Part shown: in pieces, positions 51,979 to 60,533 of the stretch | How the letters are laid out: each line of letters opens with the position of its first letter | How positions within the stretch are numbered: the stretch's first letter is position 1 | DNA from: Planctomycetota bacterium | GTDB lineage: Bacteria > Planctomycetota > UBA8742 > UBA2392 | Assembly (NCBI GenBank): GCA_020425605.1 | Contig: JAGQRH010000003.1 | Span: 75,011-139,010, forward strand | Length of the DNA: 64,000 bases | Reading direction: 5' to 3' | Program-made: the position numbers and the translations under genes | Notes under the pieces: model-generated | What the model was told of the DNA's origin: nothing | The model's database searches: none | The model's input: the letters and a program-made list of their open reading frames with translations, nothing else

Positions 51979-53991
51979 TCACACCCACTTACGCCAGACG
52001 ACCGTAATGATGTCGTTGGCGAGCACGAACAGCATCAGCCCGACCACGAAAATGAAGCTGGCCAGTGAAACCCAGTGCATAGCTCGCTCAGGCAGAGGTT
52101 TGCCCCGCACGGCCTCGATCGTGACTACCAGCCACTGGCCGCCGTCCAGCACGGGAAGTGGAATCAGGTTCACGATCGCCAGGTTCACGCTGATGAAGGC
52201 CAGGAAGAACAGCAGGGTGCCGATCCCCCACTGCGCCAGGCTATAGCTGCGCTTGGCGATCACCACCGGGCCGCCGAGGTGCCACACCTTCACACGCCCG
52301 GTGAACAGAGCCGCCAGCGTCATGATGATTTTGTAGCCGACCTTCTTGCTGTGGTAGAAGCCCATCTGCACCGACTTCACCAGGCCGTAGGTCACCGGGG
52401 CGCTGCGCTGCTCGGCCGCGCCGATTGACATGATGGCGCCGGAATCCGGGCCGTCGTCGTCGGTCTTGACCGTGATTGTCTTTGTCTCGTCGCCGCGCTT
52501 GATCTCGTATGTGAATTCCGCCGGGCCGTCGACGTTGGCTGCGTCCAGCAGAGCGATCTGCATGGCCATGCGGTCGAATGTCTTGGTCTCCGGGTTCAGC
52601 TTCGGCTCGCCGTTTACCTTGACGCCCAGGATTTCGTCGCCCGGCTTCAGGCCCGCCTGCTCTGCAGGGCTGCCCGGACGCACGCCATAGGCCGTGACGC
52701 TGGTGGCGAATTCTTCAATGCGCTTGGACTGCTCAGCCTTCGACAGGTCCTGGATCGGCAGCGGCGAAACTGTCACGCCGAGCTGGAAGCGCCCGGGGCG
52801 GCTCTCACGCGGTTCCGGCGATACTTGAAGATCCAGCTGCTTGCCGTCGCGCTCGACAACGACCGTCATCGGGCTGCCGTTGCTGGCGTCCACCATGCGG
52901 GTCAAGTCGCCGAAGCTATAGAGCTTGGTCAGCTCACCGCCCGCCCCGCGGACACCAACAAAGTGGTCGCCGCTCTTGAGCCCGGCCTTGTCGGCTGCGC
53001 CACCCTTGCGAATCTTGTCAACATACGGTGGCGGCAGGGTGGAAACGCCTGCGGTGTAGGCTGAGCCGTCCGTGTAGAACTTGCGGCGCGGGGTGTAGTT
53101 GACGGTCCACTGCTTCGCATCTTCCTCAAACCCGCGCTGCAGGGTCAGTTCTATGCTGCCGCGGCTGACTTCGATGAAGCCCTGGGCATCCTGCGCATTC
53201 TTGACGCTTCGCCCGTTCACCTTGATGATTTCGTCGCCTTCCTGCGGGCGGTCATCTCCGAGGCTCTCGGGGAAACGTGCGGCTTCTTCCTCGGTCAGAA
53301 TCACGCGGTGCTTGGCCTTGATGGCCGGCAGCTTGATGCCGAACGTCGGGTCTTCATCGAGCGTGATGGTGACGTTCTTTTCAACTTTCTCACCATCTAC
53401 GTCGCGCTCGATCAGCAGGTCGATGCTGTCGCCGCCGTCGAAAATGCCGGCGTAGACGACGTCTTCAAAGTCCACGACTTCTCGCCCGTTGACCTTCAGG
53501 ACGCGGTCGCCGACCTGGATCTCATTGTCTACCCAGGCCTGGCTGCTCTGGTCGATCATGCCGACCGTGGGCTCGATGAATGTAACGCCAAGCTGGAACG
53601 CGAGAACAAAGCCGATCACGGCCGTGATCGCGTTCATGGTCACGCCGCCGAGCAGCACCTGGGTCTTCTGGAAATAGGACTTGTTGCGGTAGTCGCCTTC
53701 GTCGCCCTCTTTGGGGCCTTCCAGCTGGCCGGGGGAGTCACTCTGCCCGTGCATGGTGACGTAGCCGCCGAACGGGATCCAGCCAAGGCGATACTCAGTG
53801 CCCCGCCACTTGTAGCGGAACATGTTGTAAGCCTTCCAGCCCTTCTTCGTGGGCACCGGAAAGGGAAACCCGATGCTGAAGGCCGGGCAAGTGATGCCCA
53901 CGCGCTTGGCGGCAAAGAAGTGGCCGGCCTCGTGAATGGCAATCACAAAGCCGAAACCGATCAGGACCTGCAGGATGTAGATAATGTTCAT
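51979..53991 (-). CDS. rseP: RIP metalloprotease RseP (site-2 protease, M50) with four PDZ-like segments
   Basis: IHEAGHFFAAKRVG (HExxH) and NLIPLPVLDGG. Four G-D-x-[IVL] PDZ-like cores (VGDRVLKVNG, EGDEIIKVNG, SGDHFVGVRG, PGDEILGVKVNG). The track start 54063 is GTG; ATG at 53991 is preferred. Confidence 0.88.
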   Translation of the reverse strand: MNIIYILQVLIGFGFVIAIHEAGHFFAAKRVGITCPAFSIGFPFPVPTKKGWKAYNMFRYKWRGTEYRLGWIPFGGYVTMHGQSDSPGQLEGPKEGDEGDYRNKSYFQKTQVLLGGVTMNAITAVIGFVLAFQLGVTFIEPTVGMIDQSSQAWVDNEIQVGDRVLKVNGREVVDFEDVVYAGIFDGGDSIDLLIERDVDGEKVEKNVTITLDEDPTFGIKLPAIKAKHRVILTEEEAARFPESLGDDRPQEGDEIIKVNGRSVKNAQDAQGFIEVSRGSIELTLQRGFEEDAKQWTVNYTPRRKFYTDGSAYTAGVSTLPPPYVDKIRKGGAADKAGLKSGDHFVGVRGAGGELTKLYSFGDLTRMVDASNGSPMTVVVERDGKQLDLQVSPEPRESRPGRFQLGVTVSPLPIQDLSKAEQSKRIEEFATSVTAYGVRPGSPAEQAGLKPGDEILGVKVNGEPKLNPETKTFDRMAMQIALLDAANVDGPAEFTYEIKRGDETKTITVKTDDDGPDSGAIMSIGAAEQRSAPVTYGLVKSVQMGFYHSKKVGYKIIMTLAALFTGRVKVWHLGGPVVIAKRSYSLAQWGIGTLLFFLAFISVNLAIVNLIPLPVLDGGQWLVVTIEAVRGKPLPERAMHWVSLASFIFVVGLMLFVLANDIITVVWRKWV

Positions 53992-54122
53992 CACCCAGTC
54001 ATCGTAACGGCCTGCGGGGCCTTGTGAAGTAGCGCGCCCGCGAAATACGCTGCTCCGGCTCACAAAGGGTTGGCCATGGGCCGGACGGAAGCAATAATCA
54101 CTACGATCTATAGAGGAAGCCC

Positions 54123-56501
54123 ATGCAGAATTTCGTACCTGCCTTCATCGAAGAGCAGCGCAAGGCCGGCGTCGGCCAAGGCAAGTTCTCCGCCACCGTC
54201 CTGTTCGTTGACGTGAGCGGCTTCACATCCCTGACCGAAATGGCATTCAAGCTGGGCGACGCGGGCGCTGAATTGATGAGCCGCGAGCTGACCCGCATTT
54301 TCGACCCCATGGTCAATGCCGTACACGACCGCGGTGGTTTCATTGCGAATTTCATGGGTGACGCTTTCACGGCCGTCTTCCCCGAGGAAGAAGGCTCAAC
54401 GGCGCGCGCAACCGAGGCGGCCAATGAGATCGTCAAGTGGTTCGATGAGCACGGAACCAGCAAGACCCGCCACGGCGAGCTGGCATTCGGCGTGAAGATC
54501 GGCGCTGACCACGGCGAGATTGAATGGGGCATCCCCTATGACAGCGAGCTGAACGCACGCGATTGGTACTTCCGCGGCAAGGCCGTCGACGGCGCTGCAT
54601 CCGCAGAACACGGCGCCGAGCGAGGCACGATCAAGCTGAGCGAAGCCCTCGAGCAGCGAGCCGCCAAGAAAGAAAAGCCGGGAAAAGCCAAAGTCACGCA
54701 GGCCGTGCACGACCGCGACGCGCTGCTGGAGTTCTTCCACAGCCAGGTGATCGACGCCGGCGAGCGCGCCGAACTGCGCCACGTGGTGAGCCTGTTCCTT
54801 CGCTTCGATGGCGTGAAGGACCACGCGACGATCGAGAAGGTCTTCCATACGCTGTTGGTCGCTGCCAAGCGGCACGGCGGCACGATCAACAAGATTGACT
54901 TCGGCGACAAGGGCTTCACGGCGCTGGTCTTTTTCGGCGCGCCTGTTGCGACCGAGAACGCAGAGGCGGCCGCAGTCGGCTTTGCGCAGTCGCTGCCGAC
55001 ACTCGGCCTCGGCGACATCAAGGGCGTCAAGGTCTCGGCCGGTATCGACGCGGGCCTGGTGTACTCCGGCCTGCTGGGCGGCGAGCGCCGCAATGAGTGG
55101 ACCTGCATCGGAGACGCCGTCAATACCAGCGCCCGCCTGATGACCGCCGCCGAGCCGGGGCAGACGCTGACCAGCTCACGCGTCAGCAAGGCCTCGGAGA
55201 AGCGCTGGGAATTCCAGGACAAGGGCACGCGAATCCTGAAGGGCAAGGCCAAGGAAGAGCAGGTCTTCCAGCCCAGCGGCATGCGCGGGCGCGTGCGCGG
55301 CTTTGTCTACCGCAACCCGATGCTCGGGCGCGACAAAGAGCTGGCCGAGCTGATTTCATTCATCGACCCGATCTACGGCAAGGAGCCCAAGTTCGCCGGC
55401 GTGATGCGCCTGCTGGGCGAGCCGGGGCTGGGCAAGACGCGTCTCGTGGCGGCCGTACGGGCCAAGCTGGAAGAAAAAGGCGAGCCGTTCCACTGGATCA
55501 CCATGCCGTGCGACGGCGTGCACCGCAGCGGCTGGAACGCGGTCAGCACCTGGTTGCGCAGCTGGTTCGGCATCGCGGAGAGCGCAAGCCAGGAAGACAA
55601 GCGCAAGGCGATCGAAAGCCACTACGCGCAGTTCGAGAACAACGAGAAAGTGCCCGAGGGCACGCGCAGCGAGCTCAAGCGCACCCTCAGCTTCGCGGCC
55701 GACCTGGTGGACTGCCACTGGGATGAGTCGCCGTTTGCCAAGCTGGACGACCCGAAGCTGCGCCACGAGAACCGTATCATCGCGGTGAAAGAACTGCTGC
55801 GCGCACTGGCGCACACGGCGCCGACCGTTCTCGAGGTCGAGGACACGCACTGGATTGACGCATCCACGGCTGCGTGGCTGACGGCCATGACGCGCAACAT
55901 CGCGAACCTCCCGCTGGCGATTCTTGCCACGTCGCGCTTTACAGACGACGGCAGCAAGCCGGAGCTGCAGATCGCGCAGGACACTGAGTTGAAGGACTTC
56001 GAGCTGAAGCCGATCGAAGGCGACGAGTTCACCCAGGCCATGGCCAAGGCTCTGCTCGGCGGCAATTCCGAGTTGGACGCCGAGGCCTGCAAGCTCATCA
56101 GCGGCAAGGCCAAGGGCAATCCGTTCTTCACCGAGCAGCTGATCCTGCACCTGCACGAGACCGGCGAGCTGGAAGCAGTAAAGGCGCCCGAAACCGCCGA
56201 CGAAACCACCAAGCGCCGCTCGCGCCTGCGCATGAAGAGCACCGACACCGCACGCCTGCCGGGCAGCCTGAGTTCGCTCGTGACGGCACGCATTGACCGC
56301 CTGAGCCCCGAAGTACGCGAAACGGTCAAGCACGCCAGCATCCTCGGCGTACGCTTTCTTTCGAGGGTTCTCGGCGAATTACTCAAGCGTTCCGGCAAGG
56401 TCAGCCGCAGCCTCGAGGAGTTGCTGATCGAGAGTGAGAAAGAAGGCGTGCTGATCCCGGCGGAGCGCGCCGAAGAAAACGAAGGCGACGCAGCGACGTA
56501 G
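54123..56501 (+). CDS. tandem class III adenylate/guanylate cyclase domains fused to a P-loop (AAA/STAND-like) ATPase
   Basis: ATVLFVDVSGFTSLTE.. and a second cyclase-homology domain (..VVSLFLRFDGV....GDAVNTSARL). P-loop LLGEPGLGKTRLV. 792 aa. Confidence 0.85.
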   Translation: MQNFVPAFIEEQRKAGVGQGKFSATVLFVDVSGFTSLTEMAFKLGDAGAELMSRELTRIFDPMVNAVHDRGGFIANFMGDAFTAVFPEEEGSTARATEAANEIVKWFDEHGTSKTRHGELAFGVKIGADHGEIEWGIPYDSELNARDWYFRGKAVDGAASAEHGAERGTIKLSEALEQRAAKKEKPGKAKVTQAVHDRDALLEFFHSQVIDAGERAELRHVVSLFLRFDGVKDHATIEKVFHTLLVAAKRHGGTINKIDFGDKGFTALVFFGAPVATENAEAAAVGFAQSLPTLGLGDIKGVKVSAGIDAGLVYSGLLGGERRNEWTCIGDAVNTSARLMTAAEPGQTLTSSRVSKASEKRWEFQDKGTRILKGKAKEEQVFQPSGMRGRVRGFVYRNPMLGRDKELAELISFIDPIYGKEPKFAGVMRLLGEPGLGKTRLVAAVRAKLEEKGEPFHWITMPCDGVHRSGWNAVSTWLRSWFGIAESASQEDKRKAIESHYAQFENNEKVPEGTRSELKRTLSFAADLVDCHWDESPFAKLDDPKLRHENRIIAVKELLRALAHTAPTVLEVEDTHWIDASTAAWLTAMTRNIANLPLAILATSRFTDDGSKPELQIAQDTELKDFELKPIEGDEFTQAMAKALLGGNSELDAEACKLISGKAKGNPFFTEQLILHLHETGELEAVKAPETADETTKRRSRLRMKSTDTARLPGSLSSLVTARIDRLSPEVRETVKHASILGVRFLSRVLGELLKRSGKVSRSLEELLIESEKEGVLIPAERAEENEGDAAT

Positions 56502-56524
56502 TCCATGCCGCCAGTCACCGATCA

Positions 56525-56548
56525 GGCACAGGCGTGCGCGCCTGTGCC
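56525..56548 (+). terminator. hairpin after the cyclase gene
   Basis: 10-bp perfect stem GGCACAGGCG / CGCCTGTGCC with a TGCG loop, 24 nt after the stop. No strong T-run. Confidence 0.5.
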
Positions 56549-56569
56549 ATTGCATGCGAGTAGACGCAG

Positions 56570-57466
56570 TTGTCCGAAGACAGCCCACTCAAGCAAGTGC
56601 TACAGGTACCGCTTCTCGGCGTCGGGTTGGGTATTGATATCTTCGACGTACAGCCGGACTTTCGCACGCTGATCCGCGACCACCGCGACGGCTTTGATTT
56701 TCTTGAGGTCTACTCACGTGGCGACTGGGAACATACTGACGATCCGTTTGCACAGATCCCCGCCGACGTGCCGCGCACCTATCACCACGAAGGCCTAGAC
56801 CCGGTCGGGCCGAGCCTCTGCCCAGACGGCCCCATCGAAGGCTGCATCAAGAACCAGAAATTGCTGAGCCCACCCTGGACCGTCGAAGAACTGGCTGTAC
56901 GGCACATCGACGGTCGCTACACCGACTTTTTCTTTCCGGCAATTCTGAACGCCGAGTGCGTGAAGGCTACTGTCGCCAACCTGTGCGAGCTGGCAAAGCG
57001 CATCCCCGGCCCGTTGCTGCCGGAGAATGCGCCCTACGAATTCGTCGTCGGCGACATGCACCTGTTCGACTTCATGAACGAAGTTGCCCACGGCGCTGAC
57101 TGCGGGCTGGTACTCGACCTTGGCCATGTCTGGTCCTACCAGCTCTGCGTCGGCAAGGGCGACCAGCCCGACGACCAGCTCGACAAGCTTGACCTGTCAA
57201 GAATCATCGAGGTGCACCTTGCGGGTGCGCGCATAGAGGATTACGAAGGCGGGCGTATCTACCGTGACCTGCACGGTGCCGGCCCGATCCCCGAGGAGTC
57301 GCTGTTCCTGCTGCGCCAACTTATCGGCAAGCTGCCGAACCTGAAGGCCATTACGATCGAAGTCGAAGATGCCTCCGAGGCCGTTGCCGTGGCACAGGCG
57401 CGGCAGGTGCGCGAAATCGTCCAGCAGATCCGCCCGACATGGCTGGAGGGCATGCATGTCGCTTGA
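56570..57466 (+). CDS. DUF692 / MNIO-like (multinuclear non-heme iron oxidase, MbnB/TglH family) TIM-barrel protein
   Basis: The order of motifs fits DUF692: LGVGLG.., ..FDFLEV.., ..YHHEGL.. (HG), ..VEELAV.. (SEH-like), ..LLPENAPYEF.. (EN..Y), ..GLVLDLGHVW.. (D..H), ..IIEVHLAGA.. (E-H-AG). No ATG; start is TTG 56570 or GTG 56597. Confidence 0.65.
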   Translation: MSEDSPLKQVLQVPLLGVGLGIDIFDVQPDFRTLIRDHRDGFDFLEVYSRGDWEHTDDPFAQIPADVPRTYHHEGLDPVGPSLCPDGPIEGCIKNQKLLSPPWTVEELAVRHIDGRYTDFFFPAILNAECVKATVANLCELAKRIPGPLLPENAPYEFVVGDMHLFDFMNEVAHGADCGLVLDLGHVWSYQLCVGKGDQPDDQLDKLDLSRIIEVHLAGARIEDYEGGRIYRDLHGAGPIPEESLFLLRQLIGKLPNLKAITIEVEDASEAVAVAQARQVREIVQQIRPTWLEGMHVA

Positions 57467-58187
57467 GGCACAGTATCGAGCGCTCTACCAGCTGATGTAC
57501 AAACGCGGCACAAGAGACGCGTTTGAGCAAGGCAAGTTTGAACGCTTCGAGGGCACAAGCGACGACGAGGCAGCCGAGATCAGCAAGGTTGCCGGGCTGC
57601 GCCAGAACATCGTCGTGCAGCTTCACGCGAACGACATCGGCAACAACTGGTACGCGCCGCGCTTTCCGGCCACGTGGATGGCACTGCAAGTCGCACTCGG
57701 CGTTGACCAGGCGGAGTTGACCATGCGCCTGACCAATGCCGATGCGTTTGAATTGCGCGTAAATGACGACTACGACGGCCGGGCACTGGCGGCCTATGTG
57801 CAACAACTCGCCGAGTTCAAGCCCCCTCGTGGCCACAAGACCGAGCCACCGCTTGCCGGCGCGCCCTGGCTGCCTGAGCTGTTGCGCTACGAGCGCATGA
57901 TCGCCGGGCACTGGCCCGATGACGCCAGCCCGCGCGTGGAGAGATTTGACTGGGACGTCGGCGGCGTCCACGACGCGCTGCTCGAGAAAGAACTGTTCCC
58001 GGTCGATGAAAGACCCGTGCCGCTGCACTTGCTGCTGCATCGCGATGCGGCCGGCGTCACCGAAGTCGCCCTCAACGCCGAGCAGGCCAGCACGATGAAA
58101 AAGCTGCTGCGCGGCGAGGATACCAAAGGCGAGCCGCCAAAAATCGTCGCCAAGTGCCGGCGGGTCTTGAACCAGCTGAAAGACTAG
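57456..58187 (+). CDS. hypothetical protein translationally coupled to the DUF692 gene (candidate MbnC/TglI/DUF2063-type partner)
   Basis: In frame with track ORF 57369..58187. ATG at 57456 overlaps the upstream stop (57466) by 11 nt: MSLEAQYRALYQLMYKRGTRDAFEQG... The partner role is inferred from position only. Confidence 0.6.
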   Translation: MSLEAQYRALYQLMYKRGTRDAFEQGKFERFEGTSDDEAAEISKVAGLRQNIVVQLHANDIGNNWYAPRFPATWMALQVALGVDQAELTMRLTNADAFELRVNDDYDGRALAAYVQQLAEFKPPRGHKTEPPLAGAPWLPELLRYERMIAGHWPDDASPRVERFDWDVGGVHDALLEKELFPVDERPVPLHLLLHRDAAGVTEVALNAEQASTMKKLLRGEDTKGEPPKIVAKCRRVLNQLKD

Positions 58188-58196
58188 CGGGACACC

Positions 58197-59228
58197 CTAC
58201 AGCGTCGGCTTCTCGACCTGCCACAAACTGTCCGTGAACCAGCCGTTGTTGTCGTAGTACTGGTCCAGGATGCGGAAGCCGGTATTGGCCGCCAGCCCGT
58301 CGATGTCACTCTGCAGGTACTTGTATGAGTACTCGGTGTGCAGAGGCTCCCACTCCTGGAAGTCGAAGCTGCTGCGCAATTCCTTGATCGTTACCGTCTG
58401 GCGCTTCAGGCTGACGATGTAGCTCTCCATTGCGCCGCTGAACACGTCGTAAGTCGCGAAGTGCCTGTAGGCCGCAAGGTCGAAGTCGCCCCCGAGCTCC
58501 CGATTCACCCGTTTCAGCAGGTTCTTGTTGAATGCGGCCGTGACACCTTGCCTGTCATTGTAGGCCGCCAGCAGCAGCTCAATGTCTTTCTTGAGGTCGA
58601 AGCCGATCAGCACCTGGTCGCCGTCGTTGAGCGCTTCCCACAACTGGCGCAGGAACACTCGCGCCTGCACCTTGTTGAAATTGCCGATGTTGCTGCCGAG
58701 GAAGAGCACCAGGTTGCGGCGGTCATTGCTCTGGCTCAGCCAGTGAAGCCCGTCGAAGTACTCGGCGACGATGCCGGCCACTTTCACATCACTGAACTTC
58801 GCGCGCGTGTTCGTTACCAGGCTGGACATGCTGGCTTCGCTGATGTCGATCGGCACGTACCGCACGTCCGTCACCTGCTTGCGGGCCGCCTCAAGCATGA
58901 TGTTGGTCTTGCGTCCGTCGCCGGCGCCGAGGTCCACAATGTCGAGCTTTGCTGTGCCCGCCCGTTTCAGGATCTCTTCCGTGTGGTTCCGGAGAATCTC
59001 GGCCTCGGTCCGCGTCGGGTAGTACTCATCCAGCTCACAGATCCGCGAAAACAGCCGGCTCCCTTCGTCGTCATAGATCCAGCGCGAAGACAGGCGTTTC
59101 GGCGTCTCACTCAGCCCGTTCAGTACGTCCAGCGCAAACGCGCGCAGCCCATGCGCGGCCGAGAGATCGGCCGGACTCAACACTCGATACCCTGCATCCT
59201 GCGCGGCGGCTTTGCTTTTGGTTGTCAT
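58197..59228 (-). CDS. egtD: L-histidine N-alpha-methyltransferase (ergothioneine biosynthesis)
   Basis: Track ORF extends to 59612 over egtB. ATG at 59228 (MTTKSKAAAQDAGY..). ..LSSRWIYDDEGSRLFSRICELDEYYPTRTEAEIL.., DLGAGDGRKT and FLGSNIGNF are EgtD motifs. ATGA overlap with egtB. Confidence 0.88.
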   Translation of the reverse strand: MTTKSKAAAQDAGYRVLSPADLSAAHGLRAFALDVLNGLSETPKRLSSRWIYDDEGSRLFSRICELDEYYPTRTEAEILRNHTEEILKRAGTAKLDIVDLGAGDGRKTNIMLEAARKQVTDVRYVPIDISEASMSSLVTNTRAKFSDVKVAGIVAEYFDGLHWLSQSNDRRNLVLFLGSNIGNFNKVQARVFLRQLWEALNDGDQVLIGFDLKKDIELLLAAYNDRQGVTAAFNKNLLKRVNRELGGDFDLAAYRHFATYDVFSGAMESYIVSLKRQTVTIKELRSSFDFQEWEPLHTEYSYKYLQSDIDGLAANTGFRILDQYYDNNGWFTDSLWQVEKPTL

Positions 59229-60400
59229 GCGTCCTCTGCCAGGCGGATGCCCGTAAATTGCCAGCGTCGGTCCGGGTGCCAGAAGTTTCGATAGGTCGGC
59301 CGAATGTGACCGGCCGGCGTGGCAACGCTGCCACCGCGCAGCACCATCTGATTGACCATGAATTTCCCGTTGTACTCGCCGATCGCGCCTTCCGGCGGAC
59401 GATAGCCGGGGTAGGGCAGATAGGCGCTGCTGGTCCACTCCCACAACTGGCCCGTGCCCTGCAGCTTGCCGATCGCGGCCTCCCACTCGAACTCGGTCGG
59501 CAGGCGCTTGCCCGCCCAGCGCGCGAACGCGTCGGCCTCGTAGTAGCTGACGTGGCACACCGGCGCGTCCGGCTGCAACCCGGCCAAGCCGTGCAGCGTG
59601 AACGCGTGCCACTCGCCATCCTGTTGCAGCCAGTACTGCGGGGCCCTCCAGTGCTGCTGCTGCACTATATCCCAGCCGTCGCTCAGCCAGAACTCGGGGC
59701 GCGTGTAGCCACCCGATTGCATGAATTCCATGTACTGCGCATTGCTGACCTGGCCGTTGGCCAGTCGGTAGGGACGCAGCAACTGCTGGTGCCGGGGAAG
59801 CTCGTTGTCGAAGGCGAAGTCCTCACCGCTGTGGCCGATCTGGACGACACCGCCTTCAAACCCGGTCCATCCCTCGGCTGCCTTGCGCTTCATGGATTGC
59901 TGACCCGATACATACGCGGGGTACAACGGGGCTTGGAACAGGATGAACTTGATATCCGTCAGCAGCAGCTCCTGGTGCTGCTGCTCGTGATTCAGGCCGA
60001 TTTCCAGCACCGGCAGCAGCTTCTCGAGCGTTGCGTCGTCGCAGCTCTCAATCAGTCGGCGCATCCGGGAGTCAACTTCTTCCCGATACTCCCAGATCTC
60101 CGCCACCGTCGGCCGCGTCAGGAATCCTCGCTTGGGCCGCTCGGTCCGCTCGCCGATCAGGTTGTAGTAGCTGTTAAAAAGGAATGCGTACTGCGGGTGC
60201 ACCGGGCGATAGTCCTTGCCGAATTCGCCCAGCAGGAATTGCTCAAAGAACCACGTCACGTGCCCGATGTGCCAGCGCGGCGGACTGACGTCGGCCATCG
60301 GCTGGACGACGTAATCCTCGGTCTGCAGCGGCGCACAGATTTCCCGGGTGTGGGCGCGCACGGACTCATAGCGCGCCAGAATTTCCGCCCTGTCGGGCAT
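59225..60400 (-). CDS. egtB: ergothioneine biosynthesis sulfoxide synthase EgtB (DinB-like + FGE-sulfatase-like domains), short form
   Basis: PPRWHIGHVTWFFE and GLNHEQQHQELLLTD (His triad of the DinB-type domain). C-terminal ..LWEWTSSAYLPYPGY..VLRGGS...RNFWHPDRRWQFTGIRLA. Confidence 0.88.
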   Translation of the reverse strand: MPDRAEILARYESVRAHTREICAPLQTEDYVVQPMADVSPPRWHIGHVTWFFEQFLLGEFGKDYRPVHPQYAFLFNSYYNLIGERTERPKRGFLTRPTVAEIWEYREEVDSRMRRLIESCDDATLEKLLPVLEIGLNHEQQHQELLLTDIKFILFQAPLYPAYVSGQQSMKRKAAEGWTGFEGGVVQIGHSGEDFAFDNELPRHQQLLRPYRLANGQVSNAQYMEFMQSGGYTRPEFWLSDGWDIVQQQHWRAPQYWLQQDGEWHAFTLHGLAGLQPDAPVCHVSYYEADAFARWAGKRLPTEFEWEAAIGKLQGTGQLWEWTSSAYLPYPGYRPPEGAIGEYNGKFMVNQMVLRGGSVATPAGHIRPTYRNFWHPDRRWQFTGIRLAEDA

Positions 60401-60533
60401 CCGGCCCCTTTGGTGGGTCTAAGGCGAAACTACGGATCAGCCCCGCAGCGTCAAAGAAAAGCTGAGTTTCTTGCACGTCAAAACAACTACCCCTAGGGTA
60501 CGCATTCCTCAATACTTCGCACCCGGAGATCTG

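Noticed and set aside
56505-56660. Short ORF (MPPVTDQAQACAPVPLHAS...) just upstream of and overlapping the DUF692 gene, considered as a possible MNIO precursor peptide
   Set aside because: It spans the terminator-like hairpin, overlaps the DUF692 coding region in another frame, and has no RBS, no leader/core organisation and no C-terminal Cys motif.
58949-60496. 515-aa plus-strand ORF over egtD/egtB, and the N-terminal 128-aa extension of track ORF 58197..59612
   Set aside because: The ORF is antisense to two genes with canonical EgtB/EgtD motifs. The extension of the egtD ORF upstream of ATG 59228 merely reads an alternative frame of egtB.
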